Below the pieces are notes generated by a model that did no database searches, was not told the DNA's origin, and was given only the letters and a program-made list of their open reading frames with translations. Below, one piece after another: positions 10,848 through 24,660 of a DNA stretch of 64,000 bases. The translations under genes and the position numbers were made by a program. The DNA lies in assembly GCA_043228905.1 (NCBI GenBank), contig JBHGNT010000011.1:22072001-22136000 (forward strand). Reading direction: 5' to 3'. This DNA comes from Azolla caroliniana. Taxonomy: Eukaryota; Plantae; Polypodiophyta. The first letter of the stretch is position 1. Each line of letters starts with the position of its first letter.

Positions 10848-11246
10848 CATCGCCTCAGATCTGATACTTCTTCTCCTCCTCCTTCTTCTATTCCTATCGT
10901 TTTGGACGGTGCCGATCAGATATTCTTCGTGGATCCCAGCATTCTCGACCATTGGATCTTCCAGGATCTTCTCGATCTCTACAAGAAAGGTCAACATGCT
11001 CATCTTCATCATCCTCGTCGCCGTCATTATCATCTTCTTCATCACCATCGCCATAACCATGAAAGACAACATCAACAGAATGAGAAACAGAATCGGTATC
11101 AGAATCCGAAGAAAACTATTTTTCTCAACTGTGATGCAATCCTTTTTGAGTTCTTGATATGGCTAATAGAGAATGATGATCCTTCCATAAGAGAGCTTGA
11201 TGTCAATGATCTCATTGAATTTTATGGTGGATCAGATCAATCATGA
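10785..11246 (+). CDS. SAUR: SAUR-family (small auxin-up RNA) protein resembling the SAUR76-78 type, with a His-rich insertion
   Basis: 153 aa single-exon ORF. IPIVLD..QIFFVDPSILDHWIFQDLL and IFLNCDAILFEFLIWLIE...LIEFY match the SAUR core (V.V....f.V....L.H..F..LL and i...Ce..lFE.llW...eL.EFY). Confidence 0.8.
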
Positions 11247-11699
11247 AAAGGAAAAACACAAAAGAAAATCTCAATTCCACATTTGAATCTTATTTCAAGA
11301 TTCCATTCCATCTCATTTCATGGGCATTGTTAAAAGCATTTCATTTCATCTCATTTCAGCAATGGGTCAGCAACCTACATTTTTGCTTTCTACTAACTGG
11401 AAACCCCAATTTCTCACAATTGAGAATAATACACAATTAGTTAGTTTATCACTACCCCCCACATCTCCCTAATAAGCCTCAAATCATTCCCACAATGGTT
11501 CCTCACTCACTAGCTACCACAGGTCATTTCATCCATTCATGAATTTACTGCAACCCAAGATCTGTCACGTCACGACTGTGGATTATAACAAGTTTGGTCA
11601 CTGCCCTTTCGTTTCTGTGTGAATCCAAGTTCATATGTAAACTCTAATAATATGTTGAATCACGACACAGTTACAATGTAAACACATTCATATCGCCTC

Positions 11700-13070
11700 A
11701 TCTTCTTTTGTTCATTTTACATGTGAATCCTCGGCAAAACTCCAGCCAACACCAAGTTCTCAATTAATTAAGATCAAACCAAACTCAAAAATGGATGTAT
11801 GTCTCCTGTAAGTGTATGTACATATCCATGTTTGGTAGAGGTTTTCCTGGCTTGTTTGATGGTAACTGATTAGATGCATGAAAAACTGACTGTAGTTTGA
11901 CATGCGTTCATTTCCAAGAACATCCAACCAAAATTCGCTATCTGATCTCATCTGATGTCACGTTCTTATTGATGGTTCTCTGTGATTCATTACATGAGTG
12001 CATTACCTCAATAAATGTAATGTTGTCATTCATTAATAGAGGATTCTACATCTTGTGATATCTCTTTCACTTGCTTTCTTGATATATATCATATGGTATG
12101 AGACCACGCTTTTCCTGGGTCTATATTATAGTGTCACAACAAGCCTTTTCTGGTCTCGTGGGCATTATTCCTGATCAATTTGCAATCTTCTTCCGAGGGA
12201 ACCATGGATTCCATTTTTTGCGTTATAGTTTTGGTCTTCATAGTAGCCTTTTTATTATCCTAAATAGTATCTACGACTTGTATACAATGACCAGTCTCTT
12301 CTAGGGCTTGTTTGGGTTGACACCCTCTTCATTTCACACATCTTTTTTTTTTTTTTTTATAAAAAATTTCACACATCTTTGTTACCTTGCGTATGTTGCT
12401 TCTGTTACAATGAAAACACACACTATAATGGTACCACAATCGAGTGTTGTCACAACTATATGGGTAGTGGGACATGTTGAATTGCTAGAAGACAAGACAA
12501 AACACTCCATCAAGGAAAGAATTTCAACTTGATCCATCCAATAAACAAAATTGCCATATCAATACTCCAACTTTTGTAGACATGTTCTAACTCCATGCCT
12601 AGTATCAAATACAAACACGTTTTCCATATACCAAGTATGACACAATCCCGAATCTCATAGAAAGATGAAAATGATCTCCATCTCTAATCTCGGTTTGAGC
12701 TATGTGAATTGTGCAATCACCCAATGTCTCGACATCAAATCATAACGTGACAAAACTTGCCAAACTCGAGAAATGTAATCCTAAATCTGATGGGCAATCA
12801 AACATTATATGAAAAATGAGTATCTTCTAATTGAAAAAGGCAAAAGAACTAATTGCCTATTGTTAGTCCACATCTATTTATAGATCCAATCCCAAATGTA
12901 AAACCCGATCCATTCTCTCCAAATGAAGATGTTTGCTACAAGTGGCAATGTAAAATGGTCACTACGTTTATAGATCTACCCACCATAAATGATTAGAGTT
13001 TTGTACATGTCACCCATGTTTAGCCTTAGATGATAACATCAAAGAAACTCGATGTAGAAAGGATACAAGG
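11700..13070 (-). pseudogene. Highly decayed Ty3/gypsy pol relic (tentative)
   Basis: Only faint RT-like remnants (D.F.LP, LDL, FL.LA.F) among many stops. Boundaries are approximate. Confidence 0.3.
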
Positions 13071-13157
13071 GATTTAGTTGTTTCTTTTAAAGATAATTGA
13101 GTTGGTCACAGTAAACACTAGTAAAACCATGGTGGTTGTTTGGTTTGTAGGTAAAGC

Positions 13158-13175
13158 ATCCTCCATTAATGTTAT

Positions 13176-13245
<70 letters not shown>
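13158..13245. repeat. (CT)n microsatellite
   Basis: About 44 perfect dinucleotide units. Confidence 0.95.
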
Positions 13246-13247
<2 letters not shown>

Positions 13248-16200
13248 CGAACCGTTGCCGATTGTTAGATATAATCTAGGAAGATGAATTCTTTGATAAA
13301 CATAAGGTATATAGAATTCAAAACTATACTTATGGTGAGGTTTTACCTTACAATGACAAACACTTGTAAGAGGACCATAACGTTCATGTGTATGATCAAT
13401 GATGAACAGAAATCACCAAAGATCCTCGATCAATAGCTAAAGGAAACATTTGATTTCTTCACGATAAACCATTAATATGGATGGTGAAGAGATTAGGGCA
13501 CTAATGAGGGGGAATGTGAAACTACAAGTTATTGTTATTGAGAATGATCATTTTAAGAAAATAGTTGCAAAACTTGATGATGAGGTTAGAGAATGTAAGC
13601 AAGTTTGGTTAGGAATAAATGAATATTTGAACGTGACTAAATTAAAGGAAACAATGAAAGAGGAAAAATTGGAGACAAGGAGACAAAATGTGAATGAAAT
13701 GAAGAATGTATGCACAACAAAGTCATGGGCCAATGTGTGTGGCGGTGATATTGTCTCTTACTCACATGTTATGCATGTTCGGAATCATGGAAAAATCTAG
13801 AAAGTATAAATGTCCAAGATTTGAAAGAACATAAATGTGTCGAAGAAAGGTAATCACATAGAAAGTATAACTACCTAAGAATTAAAAGAACATGAACGAT
13901 GGTCGAAGAGCATTGTAATTTGTGGGATCATTGAGTAGAGTATGGAAACACCAACATCCCTTGGAAAGGATATTATGGTAGGCAAGATATTAATAGGGTG
14001 CATTGAGTTTGAAATAGGGTGTTGCTTGTTTGGTAGAAAGACCTATTGTTCACAATGAATAACGATACAAACAGGAAGGTCATACTTAAAAATAATTGGG
14101 TGTACCTCAAACATATACAATGCTTAAGGAGTGAAGATCAAACCATTAAAATGCAATGGTTATCAAGAAAAACAAAAACATAAGGTTAAGGATGTGTTGG
14201 AAGATAGAAAAGTAGGCAAATAGGGATATGTGATCTATGGGACTAATTCCTCCCTTCTACGATTATGCTTTTGGAATTACAATGGATGCCCATGGATTGC
14301 ATGATTTGACATAAAGCAATTGATCAATAAAACTAGATATCATACTTCTCATTGAAACTTGGGAGCATCAAACTAAAAAGATCCGAGGTTTGGGTGAAAA
14401 AATCGAAGACAAGGATGCGAGTCATGTTTTATTAAAAGGGAATTGCAGAAATATGTGTTCATCATAAAAAATGATGATCATGAATATTACATAGTAGAGG
14501 AGAGTTGTCCACTCCTTCCATTCCGCCGAGCTCTTAGCTTTGTGACCCGAACCTAGGCTCCGGCCTTTGAACCTAGGGGAAGTCTTTATGTGTGGGTATA
14601 AGTAAAGAGGGAGCAATGCAATTATGTATATTGTAATTGGGATGGGTGCGTAGGGCAAAAAGGGGAAAGAGGTGTGAAACTTAGGCTCGTGTGGTCAAGC
14701 TTAGGGTGGTTCTCTCCAAGACTGCACCTTGGGCTTCTAGCTCTCCCTCCCTCTTCTCCTCTACAAAGCATACAATCAGTTGTGCACTCTCTTATCAACC
14801 CCATGTAGCCTCCATTACCCAACACTTTGGGTAAAGAAACACCAAACCTTTATGTCTTGCAACACATGAGCCCTTTTGTAAGCATCACCCGAACATTCAT
14901 GTATTGCAATGTTTCGAATTTGTGTGTTGCAAAACTTGTGCGTTCATGATAAAGTAGCACCTAAACCTTTGGGTCTTGTAATGCCCAAAATCCTTGGGCT
15001 TTTGGGTAATGATTTTATCCAGAGGTTCTTGAAAACATGGACACCACTTTGTTGACTAAACACTAGGATTCCCACAACTTTCTCATCGTCGGTCAACTTT
15101 CATTACATGTAACTCTTGATCTTGGACTTAGATTGGTCATTCGAAAATTATGTCACATTCCTCACAAGATCCTTCAAGTGCTTGTCAACAAACACTTGAA
15201 CATATAGAGCGCATAATCTCTTCATGACAAAACGACATGATAATGTACGTAGATCAACACTCAATGCTTCAAAATTTGACCGAAAATCCTATGTTGATCC
15301 TTGTTCAATCTTTAATCTCCTAGCAAAAGTTTACAATTCCTGTTCTTTTCTTGAATACATGAGTTTTTTATGCATACAATGGGGAATAAAATTCTAGATG
15401 GCATAAGATCAAGATACAATTTGAGTTTAACAACAATCAACCTTGTTAATAATGAATCTTGAAAGGCATGATATCAATATATATAGTTGTTTTGCTTTCA
15501 ATCTAGAGAGGTTAAGGGCTGAAAGATAAAGAGATCAAAAGAGCATTGGGAGGAGATCCCCGAGTTTTAGCATAGTGAGTCTATGGTTGATGATCACGTC
15601 ACCTTTTTTTGTCGTAGGCTTCCTATGCCCCTCTTGATTTGCAATTCCATGATATTCCGTCCAATAACAATGCATGGGTGTGTGTTTGAAAATGTTGATC
15701 CCCAAAAATACCTTTCCTGTTATTGGTTTCAAGAGCCCACATATAGAAACGTTTTTTGTAGAACTTGTCCCCAATAATTAACTTTTGAAACAAGTACATA
15801 ACTTTTTACTTTTTTCATATAACTTCCCCCCCTTCTTTTACCACTAATGAGATTCCTACCTCACATTTTATTGTCAAGTGGTTAGTTCTTACCACTTGAG
15901 CTATATTGATTTGTTGGGTTCATCTTCATCCCCCCTAAACTTCTAACTATTTCGTCAAACATACCTTAACCTATTATAAAAGTTAAGCTTTAGGGGATTT
16001 TCTCTCTTCACACATGCCACATCACAACACCATCACCTTTCATCAAGGATGCCATCTTCTATGATATAGGCCCTTGGTGATTCCACTTAGATTTCACACA
16101 CACATTAACTTCGTGACATAATTGAACTTCAATAATTGACAAGCAAAGTAAGATTAGTTGAGGATCACTTGTGGTAGTAGAAGCACAAGAATGAGGACCT

Positions 16201-17605
16201 AAGAAGAATGTGAGAGTTGTCGAATACCAAACTACAAAGGTAGAAGAAAACGGTACAACAACTAAAGATAACACCACAAACTTCCAAGATTATGGTAATA
16301 TGATTTACAAAAGTGTGGTAGATGTCAAGATGTGAGCATAAAGTGCTAAGAAATGTACCCACAAAGTCAAAAGGGGAAAAATACTAGAATTTAATTAGAG
16401 ATCATTATTAGCTTAATTCATCCCAGAAATGATATTTTCGAGATAGTGGCATGAAATGCAACCAAGTGTATTAGCAATCAGCTCTAGAGGTTATTATATT
16501 AACCATCACAAAGCAACTAATCATGTCTTGGTTCAAGATCTAAGGATACTTCACGGTCTGATATTTGGAGCTCCAAAGTTTAATGTGGCTTATAGTAACT
16601 GAATGTGTGCTTCACGAGTTATTTATGTTAATGGCTAAGATTCCATATCCACATTATCATTAAGTCATACTGTTATTAATTGTATGGTCAACAATGAGCT
16701 AAGTAGGCATCAAAAGTTTCACATGTACATCACAATTTCCATGGATAAAATCAGAGAAGGGGTATGTGTGGTCATTATATGATGATTATGGTAGCATTCG
16801 ACATGTCGCATCATGACTTGTCATCTTATTCTAAGGCTTCATATGAGGGTTAGCACAACACCTTGTTGTAGCTACACATGATGGTGAACATGTAGACTAA
16901 GTGGTGAGCATGCATTTAGGATAGTGCAAGCATGCATGGAGCTACAAGGACTATATTTTGGGAAGTTTCAAGGTTTATTTCAACACCATTCTTTAACCAC
17001 CAAATTTGAAACAACTTTAGTAATTCTTGTTCTTCCCTATGCATGCCAAAGATTCCTTTTGTCTATTTTACTTTTTCTATTCATACTGAATAACAAGTTT
17101 CAATTGTGGTATGTCTGTGTATGCAAGTATCCATAACGACGCTTGATAAGACAAATGCATTTCATGAAGGGGCAAAATCCAAATGTATGAGATGCCCACT
17201 TTAGCATATTGATAAGAATAACATGATTAAGAAATTCTCCAACAATGAATAAATGTCAAACATCAATTTGATAAATGGAATTCACATTTAAGATGGAGAG
17301 GCCATTTAAAAAGTAGATACTTCTCATTCACATGTTTAATAAATTTAAATTATTTTAAAGTATCAAAATTTTAAAATATAAAGGAAGCTCAAACTTCATG
17401 GGCCTACAACAACACATGATTAAATTATTTCCTTTACTTGTCCTGAACTTGTTAAGACAAATAGTAAGATGGATGGTACCAAGGACCTAGTTCAAACATT
17501 TAATTAGATCTCAATAATATTCTTTCGCCTTGTGTGGACTTGTGGCTAACTCTTACATGTGGAAGTATTCATTTATCTTGTGCACGTTCAAGTAGTAGAC
17601 ATGGT

Positions 17606-18164
17606 TAGCAATGTGCCCGGTTTGCTCAAACCTAACCGAACCGAACCGTTAAGCCATTGTTTAAAGGTTTATAAGTTCCAAAATAATTAAATGGTTTGGT
17701 TTGGTTTTAATTATTAATAAACGGTTCGGTTTGGTTTTGAAACTAGGGTTTATCGGTTTATAGGTTTGGTTTAAAGGTTTATAGGTTTTTGGGTTAACTT
17801 TTTTTATCCCTTAAATGTTTATGTAATTTAATGGTTTAATTAATGTTTTTTATTGATTTAATTCACTTAACTTAAATGTTTATTTTATCTAATGGCTTAA
17901 TTAATGTTTATTTATTTAATTAGTTAATTACACATACATGCTTATTTAATTTCGTGTATTTTTATTTATTAAATTTTTTAATTAGTTTGGCTTAAATGTA
18001 GTTAGGTTTTTATTAAATGGCTCGGTTTGGTTTCAACTTTTCCCTAAACGGTTTTGGTTTACCTTTTCTTAAATGGTTTGATTTAATGGCTTGAAAGTTC
18101 ATAAACGATTTGGTTTGGTTTCAAGGCAAAGAAACCGAACCGAGTCGAACCGGGCCCATTGCTA
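17606..18164. mobile_element. hAT-type MITE (559 bp)
   Basis: TIRs tagcaatgtgcccggtt / aaccgggcccattgcta. 8-bp TSD gacatggt / gacatgtt (7 of 8 match). Many subterminal aaccg/cggtt repeats and an AT-rich core. Confidence 0.88.
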
Positions 18165-18769
18165 GACATGTTATCAAACATCATTTAAAACGGAAATAAA
18201 GTCAATTGCACAAGTTCACTCCATGAGGAATACATTTACATACTTGGATTAAATAGGATGCGGCGAAATCAAGGCGAACATGTAGATATTACGAGAGTCA
18301 ATGACTTGGTAAGAAATAGTAACTTGTTTGTTTTAATCCTTCATTGTGCAATGTGTAAAGAGTCTTCTTCTTTTTTCCAAAAATGTGTAAAGAGTCTTAA
18401 GACCTTTAAATAACATTCATTTTAATTTGACCATGAAAGGTTTAGTACTTAGAACTGCCTGAAATAAGCATACAACTCCTTTGTGGATATTTTTGTGGAG
18501 GAACATGTGTCCCATTTCTCGTCACAAGATTACCTTATTAGAACCACCACGTTATAATGCGGGATATGTCTATGCCAAGGTGAACACCGCAATTTTTAGT
18601 CAAGAGTGACATAGGATTCATAGTGGAATGCACGAGGATGGGTTTGTGAATTTTAGTATCCATAATGACAAAAGTGTGGTGTAACATGTGTGTGATTACA
18701 AGATTCTTAAAAAGTTCTAATCTAAAATAGGAACTAAATTGAGTTGAATTTTTAAAGATACTTTTATGG

Positions 18770-20269
18770 AAGGAATGGTTGTGCTAACCCCTCATAATGA
18801 ACCCACTATTTCTATTAGAGGAGGGGGTAATGTTAGGGAAGAGAACTAGGTTGAAGTGGGTCAGGAAAGAATTGGCTGACTTTTTCTTCTTTGACAATGG
18901 AAAATAAAACTCATGTTTGCAGAACATTATGTATGCGGAAATGGATAGAGTGTTTACAATGTCTTCCTTTGAGCCTTTTCAAATTAGTCTATTTTGGTAT
19001 TGTATGTTTTCATCCTTACATGTCTTGTTGGGGGTCAGGGGTTATAAAAACTCTCATGAATGTCTTTATTTCGATGTTTTGCCTTTTGGGCAGCTTCATT
19101 CTCTCTTTATGGAAGACAAAGTTGTAACTTAAGGGAGTATGTTGCCTATTTGTATATTGTGGAAGAATGATAAAAAATGGATGTTGAATCTAAATCCAAA
19201 TGATATAAACAGTTTATTTGAATTGTGGGTCTATGAGAATAAGCCCATTGATCACCTTTTGTGGTATCCTAGTGAGTGGAAATGGTAAATCATATCAGCG
19301 CAAGGAATGCTAGGTAAGCAAATCCTATTTTTCTAGTACTCGGTAAAAATGGGTAGAGAATTGCTACGGAGGGGTGTGGCTGTTATCCCAACAACTTGTA
19401 AATTTTGGGGATTTGATAATGGGCAAGACTCTTGGTTGAATGCTTATTGGAAATGGCTATGGGCAATGCAAATTCCTAAAAAAGTTATATTGTTTAGATG
19501 ATTGTTAGTACATTATGGCATTCCTTTGAAGTCATGGACGTGGAGCCATTACCATGATTTAAAATGTGATAGTTGCGGTTTTCCCATTGAATCAGTTCGC
19601 CATGTTTTATGAGTATGTCCTATTGCTAGAGCAGTTTGGAGAAGGATATTGAGAATTTTGTATCCTATTTATTGTAAACATGTGTACACTGGAGTTTTGT
19701 GAGATGGGGAAGGTTGGTTGAAGAAATACAATTTTATGAAAAGGGGCATGTTGATTTTCTACTCCTCTCCGATGGAAGACATATATTGGAGGTCTCTTAT
19801 CCTTCAATAATCCGTTGTTTGGAAGATGACAAGTTTTGGTCTACCATATTGTCTTTAGTAGTTTGGGTATTGTGGAAGGCAAGATGTAAGTGTATATTTC
19901 AGAAAGTCAAACAATATGTTGTTGAGTTAGTCAAGAACATATGGTTGATGCTCCTACATAGTGTAAGAGGTCAATATGAGGCAATAATTAGAGAGCCTGA
20001 GGTTGTGTTTCATAAGCAACAACATTTCGAGAAATTTGGAAAATGCCAGAGGTGTTCACCTCTTTTGGGGACAATATAAAGTGGAGATATGCTCTACCAA
20101 GATGGTTTTTTCCAACCCCCATTGGAATGACCATGCATGAGGGCTTTTGCTACTTGACATGTTGGTTGATGTGGGTATGAGGGTTATATTTTACTGTATG
20201 AGTTCTTTGCAGCCTTTGGGCATTTTCCCATTAATACCAAGTCAAATCTTTATTTTATTTTATTAAAAA
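18770..20269 (+). mobile_element. 5'-truncated L1-like LINE of a second family
   Basis: zf-RVT-like CDSC...ESVRHVL..CP and VWVLWKARCKCIF motifs, an A-rich tail, and a 16-bp TSD aaagatactt(t/g)tatgg at 18754-18769 and 20270-20285. Confidence 0.85.
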
Positions 20270-21414
20270 AAAGATACTTGTATGGCAAAGCCTCTCAAAT
20301 AGTAACATTATTACCTGATAGCACAAAAGTGTAACAAGTAGATTTTAGTATCACACCTGTTGATTACAAATATTCATAACGAGTTTTAATCCAAAATAAG
20401 GAACTGAATTGAGTTGAATTTTTATAGATAATTTTACTGCAAAGCCACTCAAATAGGAGTAATGTTTACAATCAAAAGTGCATTAATATAAGAACCGTGT
20501 ACTCATCTTATTGGATAGTAAGATTTGTAGATAAAATTGCTGAAATATGATTACAACCAAAATACCTTAACCTAAGAACCATGACCATATTTTATTGGAT
20601 CATGCAGGCTTCACATAATGTCTAGTTTAGAACATGTGGGTAAGAGGAAGGTATATGAACGAGTCCCTCAAGGAACAACTCTTTCTTAAACTTCTACAAT
20701 TGTCACTATTTGTTTTGATTTTATATGGACAGATACCCACCGTCACACACACAATCACTCATTGACACATTGTTTTCCCGTGAAGCACATATCACACTTT
20801 AGAGGGAACATTGATGATGTTAACAAGAATGATGATGACATTAGCTACTTTCTCTCTTTTCCCAAACATACACTTAAATACACAAACAACCTGGATTCAC
20901 GCAGTATGCATGTCGTGTGCCAAACGTGTCACAGTATCCATGGCCACCAAACTAGCACATCCTAGGGTGTGCCAATGTTTAAGATGAACAATCCTCTTGT
21001 ATAGTTTTTGTCTTTCTCTAAGTTTGAAAGTATATTTAACTTCGTCTTCCTCTTGGACTCTTGCATACATGTGTCCTTTCTGTAAGAAAAATTTGCAATA
21101 TTCATTTTAAATCTTGTAGTAATTTTCTTTAACCATGAGACGTCTCTTGTGAAAGTTCTCAAGTATTGTCTATTTGACACCACTCCCTGTTATATTCTTC
21201 CTTCCAAAACATTAAATATGGATCCTAACTATCATTCTCTAAAAATGGGCCTATAAACTCATAAAGAATTTTATTCCAACACCGTCATCGTATGAACACA
21301 TATTTCTTTACCCTTATATCTCGCTCTCGAGAGCATATTTGTGACATTGCGTGTTGGTCTTCCACATATTACATTTCCAAATTAGGTGATTTAATGGATG
21401 TTATTTATCACAAC

Positions 21415-21750
21415 ATCGCAATGCCTAGATTTGAGAACCCAGATCGCATTGAACCGAGAATAGGGAGATATTGCCCCTATAATGAGCATGTTGTTCATCG
21501 AAGCATTGAAATGTCTCGAATCGAGAACCCAAATATAATTCCCAGAATTGGGAGATATTGTCTTTATGATGACCATGCTATTCAACAAACCATTGCCATG
21601 TCTTGAGTTGAGAACCCAAATATCATACCAAGAATAGGGAGACATTCTCTCTATGATGACTAAGTTATTCATTAAAGCATTGCAATGGCTTGACTTGAGA
21701 ACCCAAACATCATTCCAAGAGTAGAGAAGCATTGTCTCTATGATCACTTC
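21415..21750 (+). repeat. Four 87-90-bp tandem units encoding a decayed 29-aa repeat
   Basis: Consensus peptide IAMSR.ENPNIIPRIGRYCLYDDH.I... with units in frame. The stops are CGA>TGA and CAA>TAA types. Confidence 0.8.
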
Positions 21751-23884
21751 CGCCCACTTTTGAAATACTTTGACGATCAACAAATTTACAAAGTTCTCTC
21801 TTGTCTTTCCCTCAACGCTTTTGCCCTAGAACAATCATGTATTTTTTCTTGTTTTAGTTTTCTTGACGTATAATGATTCCATTCTAGTCATGGTTGTATC
21901 CATCATCATGAAAATTGACACATAGTTAGGGTTGTATTCCAATCTTGAAACTTTCTATTTGTTTATGTGAGATGTGCATCTTCTAATTTTTGAAGAACTT
22001 CTTTGCAATTTTGCAACATGATCATTTGCAAAATGTCTACATCCATTTTCATTGATAGTCTCATCACATCCATCTTTTAGGAAACTCTTAAACGGAGTGT
22101 CTTTGGAATGCAATTCCTGAAGGCTTGGTCATTTTATGGAATCAAGACTATCAATATGCCAATGTCGTCGTCCTACACAAGATTGATCAAGGAAGACAAC
22201 CAAAAGTTTGAATTTGAATGAGAAAAAATGGGGAAAGTTTTGTATTGATTTGCTACTAGAAGTATAATGTATGCCATGATGAAATAAACTTGTTATTATG
22301 TTCACATTTGGTGCAATTGGAAGGGGTAAAAGAATTATGTGATATTTGTGCCATTAGGTAAACCAAACAATTGTACAAAAATTCTTATGACGTCACATGT
22401 GTGAACAACAAGAATTCTACATCAACATATGTGTCTCTATAACATCAAGATTGCACAATCGTGTTAACAAGGGAAGTGGATTCTAGCAACTAGCAAATGT
22501 TGGCCGGAGGCCGGAGTATGAAAGACGAGTGGGGGATGAGTTGGAAGCGGAAAGTATTAGTTATTAATTAGCTAGAATTCCGGAAGAGTTGCAACGATTC
22601 GGATCTGAACCGATCCGTAGTTGGCTGCCGGTATGACACCGTTTTGTAATAAGAACCGGATGCCTATAAAAGGATCCGATGAACGATGTATTAAAGGAGG
22701 GGAAATGAATATAAGTAGAATTGCCTTGGAGACTATTGCGTACCTTCCATTCTATGCTTATGGTTCTATCTTACGTATGGCATCAATCTGTGTATGTTGT
22801 TAATCCGGAACTAACCCGGAAATAGTCTGATATAATTATAATTCTGCCGAAAGCATAAACCCCGTAACCACCCTTTGGTGAAGTGATCCGAAAGGACACC
22901 ATGTGTTAGTGGCTAGTCCGGCCCAAGAATAACACAATTTTGAAGACCACGATTCTTGGAGAGCGCAGTGAACATCGGGGAATGGATGACTAGACTGACA
23001 AACGACCCAGTCGCCGAACGAGCGAGAAGACTAGCCGAGAGACTACGGACGCGGGAGGCCTACCGGTGTCGCGAAAATACGACGAGGATACGTGAACTTG
23101 AGGCAGGACCCCGGGGCCTTCGACTAGAGGATATCACAATATGTCCCAAGATTGGGATTTAGAAGTTTAGGTTTACTAAGTTTAATAGAAAAGAAAATTT
23201 AGGGGTTTTTGAGAGATATGGCTTCCGTAGGGAAAATTAGGGTTTTTGGCTTTCGTAGGGAAATTAGGGTTTATGAGAGATATGGCTTCCGTATGGAAAA
23301 TTAGGGTTTATCAGTCATATGGCTTCCGTAAGGAAATTATGGTTTATGAGTGTTATGACTCCCATAAGATAAGGGAGCTAAGAAGGAAAAGAAAATAAAA
23401 ATATGGAGAGAGCATGAGTGTAGGAAAAAAGAAAAGGAATTTTATATGGAGTTCTCCCTTGATTATCGCTTTCCATGTTACTTTGCATGTGCACCTTTAG
23501 TTGCACAGCCTCTACTTTTAGTTGCATCCATTTTTAGTTGCATGGCTTTTTCTTTTAGTTGCATACGACCGTCCATATGACCTTACTTTAGTTTTCTTTA
23601 CTTTACTTTAATTAGCCACTTGATCCAATCATCCGTCTGTCTCGATTGTTGCCCATCCAATACGTCCGGTCTGCGTCTGGTCCGCGTCCAGCCTTGTCCG
23701 GTCGCCAATTCCGCCCGACCACCGGTTTCGTCCGATCGTCGGTTGTCGGATCCGCCCGGTTTCCGACACCATCCGATTGCCAATTACGCCGGTTCCTGTT
23801 TCCTTCTCGACCGGTTCCTGTTTGCTTACCGGCCGGTTCCGGATTGCTTACCGACCGGTTCCAGATTGCTTTCCGGCCGGTAAG

Positions 23885-24290
23885 TGTCAGGAATAGTACT
23901 AAAGCAGAGAGGGAATTAGTACTAAAGAAGAGAAGTACTATTAGTACTAAGAGGACGGGACTACGTAAGATTCCCGATAGAGAGAGAGAAGAGAAAAGAG
24001 AGATAGCGAGGAAGAGAGAGAGAGAGAGAGAGAGATGATGATAATAGCTAATATATTATGTGAAGGATAAGTACAAAATGGCTAAGAGGCTTAAGACTGG
24101 CGTTGAACCAATTTGGTTCAACATAATGCCTAGTGCCTTCTTTTATAGTGTTCTCAAGAGTAATCCTGAAGCTTCTAGAATGTTCCAGAGAAATCTAGAA
24201 TATACATTAATTTCTTATAATAAAACTTAAATGAAAATAATATCCTACGTATTACAATAGATGGTATAATGGTCAAGAACTCATCCCATA
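23885..24290 (-). repeat. Truncated LTR related to the chromovirus LTR at 3238/8562
   Basis: Begins tgtcaggaa and shares the tagtacta repeats, the (GA)n tract, aggcttaagactggcgttgaacc and ttctagaatgttccagagaaatct blocks. Confidence 0.9.
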
Positions 24291-24660
24291 ATGCTTGCCC
24301 TTCAACTTGATTGGTAAGATCCTCTCTCGTGCGCACAAGATACTTCATCTACCATCTCCCCATTGGCATCATCACGATGTCCACCATCCACTTGTAATGC
24401 ATAGCCAATGAGTAAGTCGGATGAAGTTCATCTCGATGGTGAATATTCAAAAACATCTGACATTCCTTACATGTTTCCACATAAGCTGCTACATCTTTGT
24501 AAATGCCCGACCACCAATATTTCTCCTTAAGCTTCGTTAATGTAGCCCATATTCCTCGATGTCCTGCAAAAACAGTATCATGAAATTCAGACATTAGTTT
24601 TTGTTGGTCTTCTAGCTTGCTGACAACTCTCATTGGAGTCCCATTCTTCTTTTTTGCATC
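24291..24660 (-). pseudogene. Ty3/gypsy integrase fragment (HHCC and start of core)
   Basis: EFHDTVFAGHRGIWAT..KYWW...YVETCKECQ...KWMVDIV. Confidence 0.88.

Noticed and set aside
10668-11157. Overlapping ORFs 10668-11075 (-) and 10804-11157 (+) with poly-Arg or poly-Leu
   Set aside because: They are alternative-frame readings of the TCT/CAT repeats inside the SAUR gene.
13477-16100. Possible LINE ORF1 relics (also about 61350-62500, minus strand)
   Set aside because: Faint coiled-coil or CCHC-like traces only, too decayed to call or bound.
21415-21750. Possible CRISPR-like array
   Set aside because: The whole unit is repeated with no unique spacers, and the context is eukaryotic.
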